Origin: Callorhinchus milii
Taxonomy: Eukaryota
Direction of reading: 5' to 3'
Length of the DNA: 64,000 nt
Assembly: GCF_018977255.1 (NCBI RefSeq)
Contig: NW_024704742.1
Location: 14,572,001-14,636,000 of the forward strand
In this document: positions 1 through 13,480 of the stretch, piece by piece
Layout of the letters: every line of letters begins with the position of its first letter
Position numbering within the stretch: position 1 is the first letter of the stretch
Translations under genes and position numbers: made by a program
Notes under the pieces: generated by a model
What the model was told of the DNA's origin: nothing
The model's database searches: none
What the model saw: only the letters and a program-made list of their open reading frames with translations

Positions 1-282
1 TGGAGCAGGATGAGATTAATGTACTGAAGCGCCAAAGGGCCGTCTTCATCCAAACCTTCCTTATCCTTGCAATTTTGTGACCTGTTCCAAGCCCTCTCCG
101 CTAAACTGGTACCCAGAAGACACAGAACATTATGCTGATTTGTCCTCTGTGATTTGTCCTCTGTGGCCCAGTTAACTTAATTGAACATAATCAAATTGTG
201 AGATCTCCTGGCTGCTTTCAGCAAATCCTCCAAGACCATAAAACATGGCCTTATTGCTTCTAGCCCAAATTAAGCAGTGTGT

Positions 283-495
283 ACTTTCTCTTCAACCGTG
301 CCTTCAGCTCCCCTCTCGACTCTCTAACCCCTCCTCGCTCCCTCCCTTACCTCCCCTCCTCACTCCCTCCCTTCCCTTCCCTCACCCTGACCATTTCCCC
401 CACTGCTCGGGTCCCGACCCAATTGTCCAGCACCTTGAGACGTCCTCCCGACGTGAAAGGCGCTCTATAAATGCAATCTTGTTGTTGTTGTTGTT
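283..495 (+). mobile_element. L2-clade LINE 3' end with (TTG)n tail
   Basis: Pyrimidine-rich 3' UTR, gacgtcctcccgacgtgaaaggcgctctataaatgcaa and ttgttgttg tail; near-identical to 39954-40184. Confidence 0.8.
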
Positions 496-637
496 TATAC
501 TACTAAGTTTCTTTGCAATGGTTTGAGGATAAGGAGAGAACTCCATATATGTAGCTAAGCTCATGTGTGGGTTTCTGCTAGGCACTGAACATCAGTTTTT
601 AATGTAATTATAAGGATTCGGAGTGTGACCAACTCTT

Positions 638-819
638 TAATAATAATATTAATCCTTGCATTTGATATAGCGCTTTTCATATCTTCTAGACGTCTCAAAG
701 CGCTTCACAGAATATACTGTAAAGTGAATTGACTGTATATTTGTGGATGAAAAGCGGCAGCCAATTGCGCACAGCAGTGTCCCACAAACAGTCGTGGACT
801 GAAGTGACCAAATTATTAT
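638..819 (-). mobile_element. tRNA-headed SINE, 3' half
   Basis: Reverse of the shared tail tgtttgtgggacactgctgtgcgcaattggctgcc...gcgctatatcaaatgcaaggatta. Confidence 0.85.
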
Positions 820-1196
820 CTAATAATGGTGAAAAAGTTCTATTAAATAACACAAGAGATTTTTAAAAGATCATTATTGAGTGGATACCAAAATCAATTC
901 ACATCAGCCTTGCTTATAATTCATTGATAGAACCAATGTCCTGACAAAACAACCTTCTCAAGGTAATCTTCACAGATGGTCACCAGTACCAATTGTTTCA
1001 CGATCCCTATTTATGTTGTATTTTGGCTGTCCATTAAGTGCAACTTATGCAATCAATCAATGAAAAAAATGTGGTCAATCGGTTTACATGCCCGACACTA
1101 CATAAAATAGTGAGTCCAGGATAAGTTTTGCCAGGGCTGCAACCTCTTTCTCAAGCAATAGAAATGTTCTGGAGTGCTGAAACTGCTGACTAATCC

Positions 1197-1508
1197 TATA
1201 ATAATCCTTGCATTTTGATATAGCGCTTTTCACGTCGGAAGGATGTCCCAAAGCGCTTCATAGAACACACTGTAAAGTGAATTGACTGTATATGTGTGGG
1301 CGAACGTGGCAGCCAATTGCGCACAGCAATGTCCCACAAACAGTCGTAGATTGAAAATGACCAATTTATTATTGTTTTTGTTTTTTTTGGAGGGATTATT
1401 ATTAGGCGTGTGGAGTAAGGAAACTTGCCCAAGGTTTCGCCCTGCCTGGAATTGAACTCGGGTCTCCCGCTTGCAAAGTGAGTGCTCTAACCACTGAGCT
1501 ACAGGACT
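1197..1508 (-). mobile_element. tRNA-derived SINE, near full length (internally deleted subtype)
   Basis: The minus strand begins agtcctgtagctcagtggttagagcactcactttgcaagcgggagacccgagttcaattcc (A and B boxes) and ends in the L2-type tail with (ATT)n. Confidence 0.88.
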
Positions 1509-2213
1509 AAGGAATTGAAGAAGTTTGAAAGATTAGAAATGAGATAAAATTTGAACACTGACAGGCCATTAAGTCAACAAATAGTTGTGTCTAAGCAACA
1601 GGAAGCAATATTTCTTCCTATAATAAAGGTCAAGTCTAAAGATTTATTTGAAAAAATACATTTAAATATACTGGAGAAACATAAAAAGCTGTGTCTTGAT
1701 ATACGGGGTTTATTTACTAACTAAGAAATTAGTGACCTATTTGCAATGTTTCCTTACTTTTTCGGGTATTTTTCGGTTTATGATGGTACACAGGAAATGC
1801 ACAGGAAAATGGTTAATTACTGCATTTGTACACAGTGCAACCTTTCACTAAAAAACAGATCAAGATCTGGAGCCCTTGAGTTTCATCTTTTATGGTGTTG
1901 TTCATAGGAAACTGCTCGCAGGGACACTTTAACAATGTGATGCTCCTGTGGACGTTTTAAAAGTAGAAAAACATGACATTTTTTCATTTATCATCTAAAC
2001 CATCAGACCCACTAAACCAAACAAATGTACACAACAAAAACAACAACAATAACTGGCATTTGTTATAGTGCTCTTCACACAAGGTAGTGCGTAAACTATA
2101 AACTGTGTGTGGAGTCTCCTTGCTCCAAGCAGTACAGTATTGTGGAGCAGGAAGTTTAGTTTATACACAAACCAGTCATTAAAAAACAAACTCCAGGTCA
2201 ATGTTGAACCACC

Positions 2214-2720
2214 TTTTTGGGTCAGCCGAATGTCCGACACAAGTAGAAACCTATTATCATTTTTAAGAGTATCCAAATCAAATTGAGAGATGCATGCATC
2301 CCAACTATACATGGGAATTTCAGAGGTATTTCTTGGAGTCCAGTCTCTCCCTGGAGTGATACTTCCTGCTTGCCTAATTCTGGAGAGTATTAGACACAGA
2401 TTGGCAAGAGCCAAGGCTTGGGGATCCCAGACTGTGCCCTGCGGTACTGCTGGAGTTTAACCACCTAAAGCTGCACATTTTGCCACTGAGAGCATTGCCT
2501 TCCAAACTTACCTGCTGGTTGTCCAGCTAGGATCATCCAACCTGTTAGGACTCTGGCTTGCAAGGTTAACAGAAGCTGGGTGGAACCACTCTCTGTTCCC
2601 AGTGAGTGGTGTGCCTTTTCAAGTCCTGTCGATGAGCCAGGCTGGCTGTGCTGCCATCAGCAGTGCCCTGGAATACTGCAGACCACCTGACTGGCTCAGC
2701 TATTGGATTTCTGAAACCAC
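2214..2720 (-). repeat. Unclassified ~500-bp interspersed repeat, copy A
   Basis: Its reverse complement aligns by eye along its length with 12219-12696 and 16756-17238. Confidence 0.75.
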
Positions 2721-5029
2721 CCAGAGGCCTGGCTCGATTCTGACATTCTGTTATCACCTTGGATCAAGTTCAGCTCTGAGGAGGACCGCCCCCCCCCCAC
2801 ACCCAACTCCACGTAATACTCTCTCCAGACCCCAAGGATACCTTCATGGGGCTATTGTGAAACACTGGACTTGTCCAACACAGGCACAAGCCCAGAGCGG
2901 CCCCCTCTGGCTATGACCAACAACAGACTTCAGCCAGCGGAAGAAAGATTTGGGAGCATTCTTGTGCAGTTCTACATCTTTTGGAGTGACACAACCCATT
3001 GATCCTTCTTAATTTCTCCAGTAACCTTCGTGCTTTGTTGTTTGTAAATTGCCTTTGCTGCTGGTTTGGCTTGCTCCAAGGGAACTTCCCAAACCAATTT
3101 AAAGGCCCCCTGCTTTCGGATTAATAGCTTTCCTTCCCTTTCTGGTTACCTTGACAGGATCCTGCTATAGGGACGAGTACCTTACAGGTTGTAGCTTTAG
3201 TTTCCTTATGACCTCAGCTACAGAAGCAAGAAACTCCTTAGCTACATCGTCAATCGTCAAGTCTGCGCTGTCAGCCCTCACACAGAATTGGTCCTAGGCA
3301 TGATGATTGGCAATACCCCTCACGTACGTGGTCACTTGTAGCACAAGGTGTACTGGTCCAACCTGACTTCTGAAGAATGTATACTGATGCCACATGCCAG
3401 GGTGTAGATTTTCCATAGAATATATTCCCCCAGACAAGATTAGCTGGGCACACTCTGACTTCCACTGCCAGCAGGGCCTGGTCAACGGTCAGAGCCACTT
3501 CATGGACCATTGGTTTTTGTGTCCACAGGCCCTTCAACTACCTGATACTCATGAAAATGCAGCCAATGATCACTCACTATCTCACATGTTTCCTGTAGAG
3601 CCTTTATGAGATGTTCTTACACTTCTGGTGTGGTGAGATTGCCGAGGCGGGTTGAGGGTGCCGACAACTATAATGTCCAACAGAGCACAGGTACCACCTG
3701 CGCTCATGTCCTATGCATCAAGGACACAAGCTTCGAGCCCCTCTTGAATCCTCTTCAACATTAATATCTGATGTTACTTTTTAATATTATTAAAGACCCT
3801 TTGTTTGATCAACTTTGATAACATTCAAAAACCCTCTGTTGGATGTTTCCCGCCATTCTTTGGAGAACTTTCCAGCAAGCAAGCCCATGAGCTGTCTTCA
3901 GGAGAGGGGGAGTAGAGAAAGAAAATGAGTAAGAAAATTGGAGGGGAAATTATTTTTTAAAAACTCATATTGAAATAAAAACAAATGCTGTATATCTATA
4001 GTAGATCGATCTTCGTTTGAAAGTGAATTGTTTAAGCAAGACCCTTCACCAGAACCCCTGTCAAAATGAGGGGAAGGGTAACAAAAAAGGCAAATGTATT
4101 GCAAGGGAAAGGAGTAAATGATAGGGAGTGAACAGAATTTCTTCAGAGATAGCAATTCTGAGAGAAGCTACAGTGAATTAAATAGCAGAAAAAATCTGAA
4201 ATCCAAAGCATTTGGAAATTTCATTTGAAAAAACAAAGTCATCACGTGAGGTACAATTCTTTATCAGAACTCCATTTGCAGCAGTGAAGTCTGCCTCCTT
4301 AAAATCCACAGTGTTTCTTTTTTCACTTTTTTTTCCCCCAAAAAAGATATCCTTCTTTTCGTCTTTTCTCAAGTGTAGTTTCTCTCAGTCCCGCTGGCTT
4401 TAACAGTGCGCTGGCCTCTTGGTTCTGAGTTTTGTTTGTTTTTCTCATTCCTGGGCCCAAACTAACGGTGCAGATGTTTCGCAGCTCCACAATGCTATCG
4501 CTTTGTACTGATTCTGAATATTTTCTGTGATGGTGAGACGTTGCTGGTTGAGGAGTCTGTGGGTGAGCTGCTGAGCTCTGGGATCCTGTTGCAACTCCTC
4601 CAGTGTCAAATGACCCTTGAGTGATCCGATTTTTTTTATAACGGATAAAAGTTCCTTGGTTTTAGCTTTTCTGTCTTCCCGTCCATGAAGATTGTGCAAG
4701 TAAGATGTTTGTCAGCCAAACTCCACTCTTAGCCCCAAACTTCTCACTACATGTACCTTGTTTGAGTCTGTCCATGCTTTTCAAATAACTGTATATTAGG
4801 TCAGGTCAGGTTAGTGCAATGTTTTGCTCCTATCCTCCAGTGTGCAGTTTTCAGACTTTCTCTGCTGTTTTGATAGTCAAGACCTCCTTATTTCCCACTT
4901 TCAGTTTATATGCTCGTTGGAATATTTTCCCAATGGATTTCAGCTGAAGTGTTTTGTGTGCTTTCATTGGTATGGGAGGAGCTTTTTGCTACATGGGCTG
5001 AGCAGGGCTGCTCTTCGCTTTGAATTTAC

Positions 5030-5401
5030 ATTGCTCCCCCCCCCCCCACCCCCTCTCACATTTCCTCTTTCTGCTGTTTATGTTGATTTACCCCCGATTT
5101 GCTGCGCTGTGTTTACAGTGTGCAACTATCTGGATGACTCCCCCCCCCCCACCCTCTCTCTCTCTCTCTCTCTCGCTCTCTCTCTCGATGTGAGGGGTTG
5201 AGCTGCTGGTTCTGACGTTACTGTAGTGCTGTAAGTGGTTGGTAGATGTGATGAGTGAGACCGCCCTCTCCTCAGAGCCCCAGTGAAGCTGCAGCTGCAG
5301 CCCTCAGAGCCCGGAGCCCGGAGCCCAGTCTGAGCGCTCGGCATCTCAGCAGCTCAGCAACTCGCAGCAGCCGAAGCGCTGTGAGAGGTGAGGTCACCTC
5401 T
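5030..5401 (+). promoter_or_regulatory. Probable SYNPO2 proximal promoter / 5' UTR
   Basis: Directly upstream of the ATG; poly-C runs, a (CT)n tract, a TGACGT CRE half-site at 5213-5218 and locally raised GC/CpG content. The TSS cannot be determined from sequence. Confidence 0.5.
5140..5186. repeat. Poly-C run followed by a (CT)n microsatellite
   Basis: ccccccccccc accctctctctctctctctctctcgctctctctctc. Confidence 0.9.
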
Positions 5402-5506
5402 ATGGGCATCGGGGATTATGTGTGTGTTACACTCGGCGGAGGGTCGCCCTGGGGGTTCAGACTTCAAGGTGGCAAAGATCACACGCAGCCCTTACAGGTT
5501 TCAAGG
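5402..5506 (+). CDS. SYNPO2: SYNPO2 coding exon 1 ([35 protein letters not shown]), first half of the PDZ domain
   Basis: ATG at 5402; PDZ signature PWGFRLQGG; donor AGG|GTAAGC at 5507; 105 nt, phase 0. Confidence 0.95.
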
Positions 5507-6171
5507 GTAAGCATTGTAGCACAGTGTTGTGTATAACAGGGCCGGTGTTTGCTCGGGATGTTTGTGGAGGATGTCACGTACCCCAAAGCTGGCGATGCAG
5601 CTGTTGAGATGAGTTAAACGTTTACTGCTTCATTTCTGATTCACTTTTACGTATCTGCGAGACTTCTTTGCAAAAAAACGAAAAACACTACACATTACTA
5701 CGTTGGACGTGTCGTTTTGCTCAGGTATCAAAGTTTAGCTGTAAGTCGCTCTTCAACAATCTGTACCGTCAGGTTCCCGAATTCCCCAGTCAGTAACTGC
5801 TCCAAATTTCAGAGCATCTCCGATAAGGTAAACAACTGCGGAAACTCAGCATCAAACCCCGAGCACAGTGCCCATCATGAAGTAGACACAGAGTTCAAGG
5901 CAGCAGTGGAAGTGACGAGAGGAGAATTCATTCTCAACTTGAATGTGAGACGGGAATAATGTTGTCGATGACCATCTGAGTGAGAGAATCATTGCAGCTT
6001 TGAGTATAGCAACACGAATGTTTGACACTTACCCGTTGCTGCATGTGAATCAGGTTTGAAACTTGCACTGACTAATGCTGAGCTCTGCTTTTTATTGCAA
6101 CTCACCATTTAAGAAGCTTGAAATCCATCACTGATCATTTATGTCAGCACTTTATTGAGCCTTAGGTTGTA

Positions 6172-6437
6172 AAATCCTTGCATTTTTGATATAGTGCTTT
6201 TCACGTCTTCCAGACGTCCCAAAGCGCTTCACAGAATATACTGTAAAGTGAATTGACTGTATACTTGGGGGCGAACGCGGCAGCCAATTGCGCACAGCAG
6301 TGTCCCACAAACAGTCGTAGATTGAAAATGACCAATTTATTATTGTTTTTGGTTTTGGAGGGATTATTATTATTAGGAGTGTGGAGTAAGGAAACTTGCC
6401 CAAGGTTTCGCCCTCTGCCTGGAATTGAACTCAGGTC
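6172..6437 (-). mobile_element. tRNA-derived SINE, 5'-truncated within the head
   Basis: Very close to copy 1197-1508; both give the spurious ORF MGKFPYST... Confidence 0.88.
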
Positions 6438-6924
6438 AATACCACCATTCGAGGGGATAGAGCAGCGTGTACATAGTTTTGTGGCTGCCCATTATCTTGT
6501 ATTTAAAACTTCATCCAGTTGCAATCTTTCAGCTCATAGACGGTGGGTGACATTGTAGGCGCAAAACTTATTTTACCCTGACATTTAGTGTAGAGCTCTA
6601 GCACTAATTCAGGAGCGGAAAAGGGGGAATGCGTTCCAGTTAATTCAATTTAATTGTGTATCAATAAAGAGTATCACATTTCTGGTAAACTGCACTGGTT
6701 TTGCAGGAGATGGGAAGCACAATATAACATTTACATACTGCTGCTGAAATGTTAAATATGGATTGATGTGTTTCATTTACTTAAAAGATTACAGTCCTAG
6801 GAACGAACCTTTTAATATGGTTTCTGCTGCTGTTCATGTTCGATTGTCTCAGTTGCTTTGTGCAATAGTTTAATTAGGTAAGATTTGAAATGCTTTAACA
6901 TTCCTCCAAAGGAACTTGAATTGC

Positions 6925-7110
6925 TTTACTGCTTCACCCATCTCAAGACCCTCCTCTTTGACCGTGCTTTCGATCACTCTGCTTCCCCCACTACCCTCCA
7001 CCCTCCCCGATCCCGACCCCCAGCTCGGGTCTGAAACTCTGACTGTCCAGCGCATTAGCACGTCCTCCCGATGTGAAAGACGCTATACAAATGTAATTTT
7101 GTTGTTGTTG
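6925..7110 (+). mobile_element. L2-clade LINE 3' end
   Basis: cctcctctttgaccgtgctttcg...cgtcctcccgatgtgaaagacgctatacaaatgtaa plus (TTG)n. Confidence 0.75.
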
Positions 7111-7981
7111 CTTCCATTTCAATTGGCGGTTTAATCTTCTTTTCTTAAACTGTGAAGAGTAGTTATTTTTTTACTTTGTTGTTTTTCTGCTTATAAACAG
7201 TTTTCTTCGATTCATGTCATGAAACATCTTGGTATTCCAAAATATTGGTCGGATGAATATCGGTTCCCTTTCAAATTAAAAAGCTTTCATTTTTGTTTTA
7301 AAAAAAGTGTAATTTAAGATCCGAGAAATGAGAAAACTTGTGAAATTGCTCACAATCAGTAATTGTTCACAAAGTAGAAAGCAACAGTAATCCTGTATGT
7401 GTGACACCTAGTGAACCCTTTGTGCAATTACAACATTTAAAAAAATGCCTGGAGGTCTTGAGACGAAAGAAAGTTAAACCTGGGTTCCATTATCACCAGA
7501 GGTTCCTTAGTGCCCTTAGAGTTCAGAACACTTCAGAAAACCTTTTATGCTATCAGTTGACAAAATTCTCAAGAGAAAAATGAAAACAGACAACTGACAA
7601 GTTTTAAAACCACCTTCTATGTGGAGCAGAGAAGACACCACTGTTTCCATCAGAAAGTGTTTGACAAACTTTTTCTTATTTGTTTGCAAACATACTGGGT
7701 CTGCTCAGCGTATAACTCTCTCACCTCTTGTTACAGCATTGTGGTATAGCATTGTGGTATAAATCGCACAAAGTAACTTGAGCTAAAAAAGTCTAGGCTG
7801 GAACTGTGGTGTAAAACTGAAGGAGTGCTATATTGTAGGGGTTATCAACCATCAACTGAGATTTTTAACCAAGATCCCATCTGTCTGTATTAGTTGTTAA
7901 TGTTTCTAAGTCATTCAAATTTGGAACACAAAAAAGCAAATTAATCAGTAATTAATTGGTCATTGCTGTTTGTTAGATGCT

Positions 7982-8286
7982 GATAATAATAATCCTTGCC
8001 TTTGATATATATTTCACGTCTTTGAGACATCTCAAAGTGCTTCACAGAATATACTGTAAAGAGAATTGACTGTATATTTGTGGGCGAAACCCAGCAGCCA
8101 ATTATGCACAGCAGTGTCCCACAAACAGTTGTGGATTGAGTGATCCGATTACTATTTTTTTCTTGAGGGATTATTATCAGGCGTGTGGAGTAAGGAAACT
8201 TGCCCAATGTTTTGCCCTGCTGGGAATCGAACCCAGGTCTCTCGCTTGCAAGGCGAGTGTTCTAATCACGAGCAACAGGACTCCAC
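7982..8286 (-). mobile_element. tRNA-derived SINE, apparently inserted into an older + strand Deu-type SINE (~7790-8420)
   Basis: Head (reverse of ...gggaatcgaacccaggtctctcgcttgcaaggcgagtg...caggactccac) and tail are present; the flanks carry Deu-like body and tail segments. Confidence 0.8.
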
Positions 8287-9574
8287 TTAATGATGTACAT
8301 TAAATGCCATTTTCCACTACAAAAACAGTAATTGCACTTCAATGTAACTCATTGTGTGAAAAGCTTTGATGCATGTCAACACAATGAGGTGCTATATCAA
8401 GAAGCGTTATTATTTATTATAAACATAATGTAAATGACATCAAATGCATCATTGCATTGCACTTGACACAACTGTGATAAAAATGAAGCACAACTATTTC
8501 CCCTCAACAATTAAAAATAAAAGGTTTAACCAAACACTTTTCATGAAAGTTGTGGTCCTTTAGATGGCATAGATAAGCCTATTCTTAAAAGATACTAATG
8601 TAAGGATTTATTTTGTGTGTATTAAATTACTGACATCAGCTTCTGCTTCAAACAGCGCAGGAATAGGGGCAAAACCCACCATCTATGTATTCTTCACCTT
8701 ATCATCCATCTCCCATTTAATGGCCACAACAAAAACTGACCTTGTTGTGTATGACCTACAAGTGCAACATTAGGGTGTACTGTAAATGTTGTCAAAGCAA
8801 AATATACAACTTCATGTGATACAATGTAATACAATGTGAAGTTATTAAACAAAATAAAAAGTTTAATTACTACCATGAGAGCTTTGGATGCAAATAATTA
8901 CCTCTGGAACCTGTCCTGTAAAACACATACACTACTGTATTTCAGTTTGCTACAAGTAGCAAATCCAGGCTTTACGTCTCTTCAGACTACATTTGTGAAA
9001 ATGAAGTTATCCCTGAAACTAACTTGTTGTGCTCTATAAATGTTAGCCACCAAATCAGTAGTGATTCAATCATTGCCTGCCTGGTGTCCCACATAGGAAG
9101 GGAAATCTTTCATCTGAGGTTTATCAGGTATAGCTTATTAAATAAAATGATGCTGTAACTACGACAAATTTTTACTATGATTTTATCGCGGTTCTCACTA
9201 AATTAGTCTTTTTTTCTTTTGAAATATAATTTAACTATCCCTCTCCCATTATGAACCCAGAAGTAACTAAGTACCTGTTATCACTGAAAGAATGTGTTGG
9301 CTCTTTTGACAGCCTGATTCCATTGCCGAGCTGTAACACAGAGCTTGTGATGTGAATAAATGGTCAAAATTTTTCAATTGTACATTGGCAGCTCATGAAG
9401 ATGGAAAGACTGGTAGCGAATCATGAACAAGCGGAAATTAATTCAAGATTGTGACTAGGAGAGTAAAAGAGAAATGTTGAAGAACTCCTCTCAGAGGGTT
9501 GTCAGAACATGGAGTGATTTGCTATTAGAACAGTCAATTTGGGCATTTTAAAAAGTGCATGAGAGGGTAAAAGG

Positions 9575-9895
9575 ACCATAAAAGGACCATAAGACCATAA
9601 GACTTAGGAGCAGGAGTAGGTCATTCTGCCCCTCGAACCTGCCCCGCCATTTAATAAGATCATGGCTGATCTTCTAATCTAATTCCATTTACCCTCTCTA
9701 TCCCCATATCCCTTAATCCCTCTATCCTTTAGAAATCTATCAATCTCAGTCTTGAATATGTTCAAGGACTGAGCGTCTACAGCCTTCTAGGGTAGAGAAT
9801 TCCACAAAATCACTACCCTCTGAGTGAAGAAATATTTCCTCACCTCAGTTCAAAAAGGCTGACCCTTAATCTTGAGACTATGACCCCTAGTTTTA
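9575..9895 (-). mobile_element. CR1-clade LINE 3' end with an 8-bp repeat tail
   Basis: (gaccataa)n then ggagcaggagtaggtcattc...; similar to the 3' end at 54136; a SINE head fragment abuts at ~9902-9991. Confidence 0.78.
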
Positions 9896-12218
9896 GAAGG
9901 TCTTGCCCAATGTTTTGCGCTGCCCGGAATCAAACCCAGATCCTCTCACTTGCGAGGTGAGTGCTCTAACCACTGAGATACAGGACTCCACCGTATCAAT
10001 GATCCCTTGGTCCAATCAGTTGCTGTTACTGTTCCCAATTTGTTCCCAAAGTAAGAGCAAGGCAGTCAGATTAAGATTGTTGACTTCTTGGAGGAAAAAA
10101 CACCAACACGAAAAATTGAATCAAATGGCCTCTTACTGTGTTTTGCGATCCTATGGTTGTCTGTATAAATGAGGAACAGTGACTTCAAAAACGTATGCTC
10201 TCCATAAGGAGGAACTGAGTGAAGGATATGTAATGGCTTTGTTAACAGTTTAAATTGCCTTTGGTACACACAAGGGACTCTGCAAATTGGAGAAAGCTGA
10301 CTGAAATAGAGAGAGCTACTTATATATTTTGTTACAAGCTGACGGTGCAAGTATTCTTATTTAGATGGTTAACTTGGAATTTTATTTCTGCAAGAGTATT
10401 GGAACATTGATTTACCAAATTATCAACTAGGGAACTACAATGGTGTTATATTGAACTGTCATACAGTGAATTTTGTTTTACAGCTTAGTCCCCCCTAACC
10501 CCCTCCTCCTACTACCCATGCTTATCTTATGCATGTTCCTGAGTTGGGCTTTCAAACTGATAGCTTATGTCCCATTTACTAATAATTTTTGCATTTGATA
10601 TAGCGCCTTATCACATCTTCGAGACATTTCAATGCGCTTCACAGAATACACTGTAAAGTGCTCAGAATCCTCACTAACCTTCTTCGTTTGATTTTTGTTT
10701 GCCATGTTAGATTTTTACACCTTGAAGGCATTTCTGCTTAGCTTATTCTCACTAATGGTTGGTAAGAGCAATTGGCTATCCTCAAAACTATAGTACAGTG
10801 CCAGCAATTGTTTCTGAAGTATTTAAAGGAATTCTGAGTTCCTTTTTTTAGGACATGGTCTTGCTTGGCAGTATTGTCTTGATGTATTGTGGGGACACTT
10901 TCTGTGACGCTGTTTGATAGCTGAATCGTATTATATTTTATTCTCTAAACAACAGGATTATCAACCATAATAATACAATTATGATACTTGCAATTTTATA
11001 CTTAGAATTGTATTTTATTGTGAAGTGTAGTGACTTCGGTTTAGGCAAATCTGACAGTCATTCAGGCCAGTAAAGTTCCACAAACAGCCATGAGGTGAAT
11101 GACTGATGAAAGCTCTTCCCTTTTTGTGTAGTGTCATGGAAACTTCAGGTCCACCTGAACAGGCAGATAGGATCTTGGTTTAACCATTCTAGTCACCAGT
11201 GCATGATACATGTGATAGCATTGAACATCAAATTTTTAAAAGTTCCAACCTACTGCAGTAAGACTATAAAAGATTTGAGTTGTTATCTGGATTAGTGCAT
11301 CATTACTTACATCTCAAATCAATTAAAATAGATTAGTTATTCTGGATTGCCACATCATAATTGTCTATCAGACTGATTTACTGGCAGCCACTAATCGCCA
11401 ACACATACCCACATTATAAAAGTATTATATATTTGTTGCAGAAATAAATTAATTTTCTTGCTGACACAGATGGGAAGCTGGTGATTAGGTTTGGAACTCT
11501 GTCAATGCCAGTCTTGTGTGCCATCTGATAGGACCTGCGAGTGGCCATTGCTATTTCCTATGGCAATAGGAAGTTTATTCTTCCTGTTTATTCTCCCGAG
11601 TTTTCAGTCCTAATCATGTGAGAGTGTTAGAATCTCGACTTTGCTGTGGAATGGTTATCTTCTATGAAACCAGCAGTATGGATCAAAAAAAAATCATGCA
11701 AGAAAAACACACAATAGCTCCTCTGTAAATAAAGTGGAAAGCCGAGAGAGTATAAACCACAACAACAACAAATTACACTTATATAGCGGCCTTCACGTCG
11801 GAAAGATGTCCAAGGATGCTGGATAGTCGGGATTTTTTGGACCAGAGCTGGGAATAAATATCCTGGACCTGCTAGCAACTAGTAGTGATTTGCATAAAAT
11901 AAATCGTGTGTGCAGTAACTGGCTTCCCTTGCTTACTCATACCTGTTCCATCACTAAATCAGCAGTCACCAAACTGTATTGTTTTCATAGTTAGTACCAG
12001 GGATTATTCTCCATTTAACTGCACAGTTCATAATGCAGCAGTGTACACGTTCGGTCTCAGAATTTCTCAGAATAGAGATCGAGTACAATATTTTCACTGA
12101 AGGGTACATAAATGATTTTATAGTAATTTTTCACACAACTGGCTCATCAGGAGCTGCATTATATTGGTATCCTTCTGGGTGGGGGTGGGGGTAGGGGGGG
12201 GTGGTGGGGTGACAGTAA

Positions 12219-12696
12219 ATGGATCTCGATAATTAGATTCCTGAGCCTGGCAGGTCCACAGTACTCTAAAGCACTGTTGATGACAAGCCAGCCTGGCTCA
12301 TGTAAGCCTTAGAAAGGTAGACCAGTCACTGGAAGCAGGGATTCTACCCATTTAGCTCCCACTAACCCTGCAAGCCGAAGCCCTAACGCTGGTCCTAGCT
12401 GGACAAGCAGCCAGAGGTTTTACAGACCTGGTACTCTAAATAGCAACCTATGCGGTTTAGCTGTTCAAACTCCAGCAGGACCCAAACACACACACACACA
12501 CACACCAAGCCTTGGCTCTTGCCAACCTATGGTTAACACTCTACAGAATTAGGTGAGCAGGGTGCATCCCAGACACATGGAAATTTCCACGTGTAATTGG
12601 CATACATGTGTAGAACTCTCAGCTGGTTTGGATACCCTTAAGCCTGATAATGGATTTTTGGATGTATCAGACATTTGCCCGCTTACCAAAAAAAAA
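12219..12696 (+). repeat. Unclassified ~500-bp interspersed repeat, copy B (contains a (CA)n run)
   Basis: Shares ggctcttgccaacct, ggaaatttccacgtgt, ggtttggatacccttaagc and the accaaaaaa end with the other copies. Confidence 0.75.
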
Positions 12697-13306
12697 TTGT
12701 GTTGCAGTAGATCCTAGTGATTAGGCGACAGTAATAATTTCTAGAACATAGCATATTTCTTGAAACTGAGTAAGGTTTGAAATATTAAAGTTGTTCTGTG
12801 GCATAGATAAGATATGCTTGAGGTTTTATAGCACAGAATCTCATGAGAGATCAGGGGTTCAGTGCTGATTTCTCTCCTTTTTACGTCTCTGCAAAGTAGG
12901 CAAACGAATGCTTTTAGGAAGTGGAATTATCCCAACAACTAGAGATCAAATGAAAGAACCTTCTTAAAATGATAGGCCACATAGCTTTCAGAAAACCAAC
13001 AGTCCAATAGTTTTCGCTTCTTCTTTTGGGTACGTGCCCAATATCACTTGACAATTCAGCACAGTGGCAGAGTGACCTGTACTTTTTGTTTCTGCATTGA
13101 GATTCCAACAGAGTGAGTTCATAATCCCTGTTGATCTTGCATTGTTAGGAGAGGGGGAGACAACCATGTTAAGTAGAGACAAGACAGTTCCCCAGAGATG
13201 GAGAAGCAAATTTGAAGGATGAGTCAACTTTTGGCCTATTACAAACCTCCCAGTGGCCAGTGTAAGATTAATGGGCAGTGGTCAGCATAACAGCCTAGGT
13301 ACAGTG

Positions 13307-13480
13307 TTTTTTTGGTTAGCCAGGTATCTGACACATGCGGAAACCAATTACCATGCTTAAGAGTATCCAAACCAAGGTGAGATTTCAAATCATCCCACTT
13401 ACACATACAAATCCCAGAGATAGATTGTTGGAATGGAATGCGCACTCTCTCCCTGGAGGGACACATCCTGCTTACCTAAA
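13307..13480 (-). repeat. Unclassified repeat, 3' fragment
   Basis: tttttttggttagccaggtatctgac...ccatgcttaagagtatccaaacc is the reverse of the family 3' end. Confidence 0.7.

Noticed and set aside
1440..1508. tRNA-Ala-like sequence (also at ~8220, 9910, 27200, 31756, 55690, 63944)
   Set aside because: These are SINE heads: they run directly into SINE body, are mutated in different ways and lack a complete acceptor stem.
5255..5401. In-frame GTG-initiated N-terminal extension of exon 1 in the ORF track
   Set aside because: Bacterial-style start call; PDZ homology begins at ATG 5402. Treated as 5' UTR.
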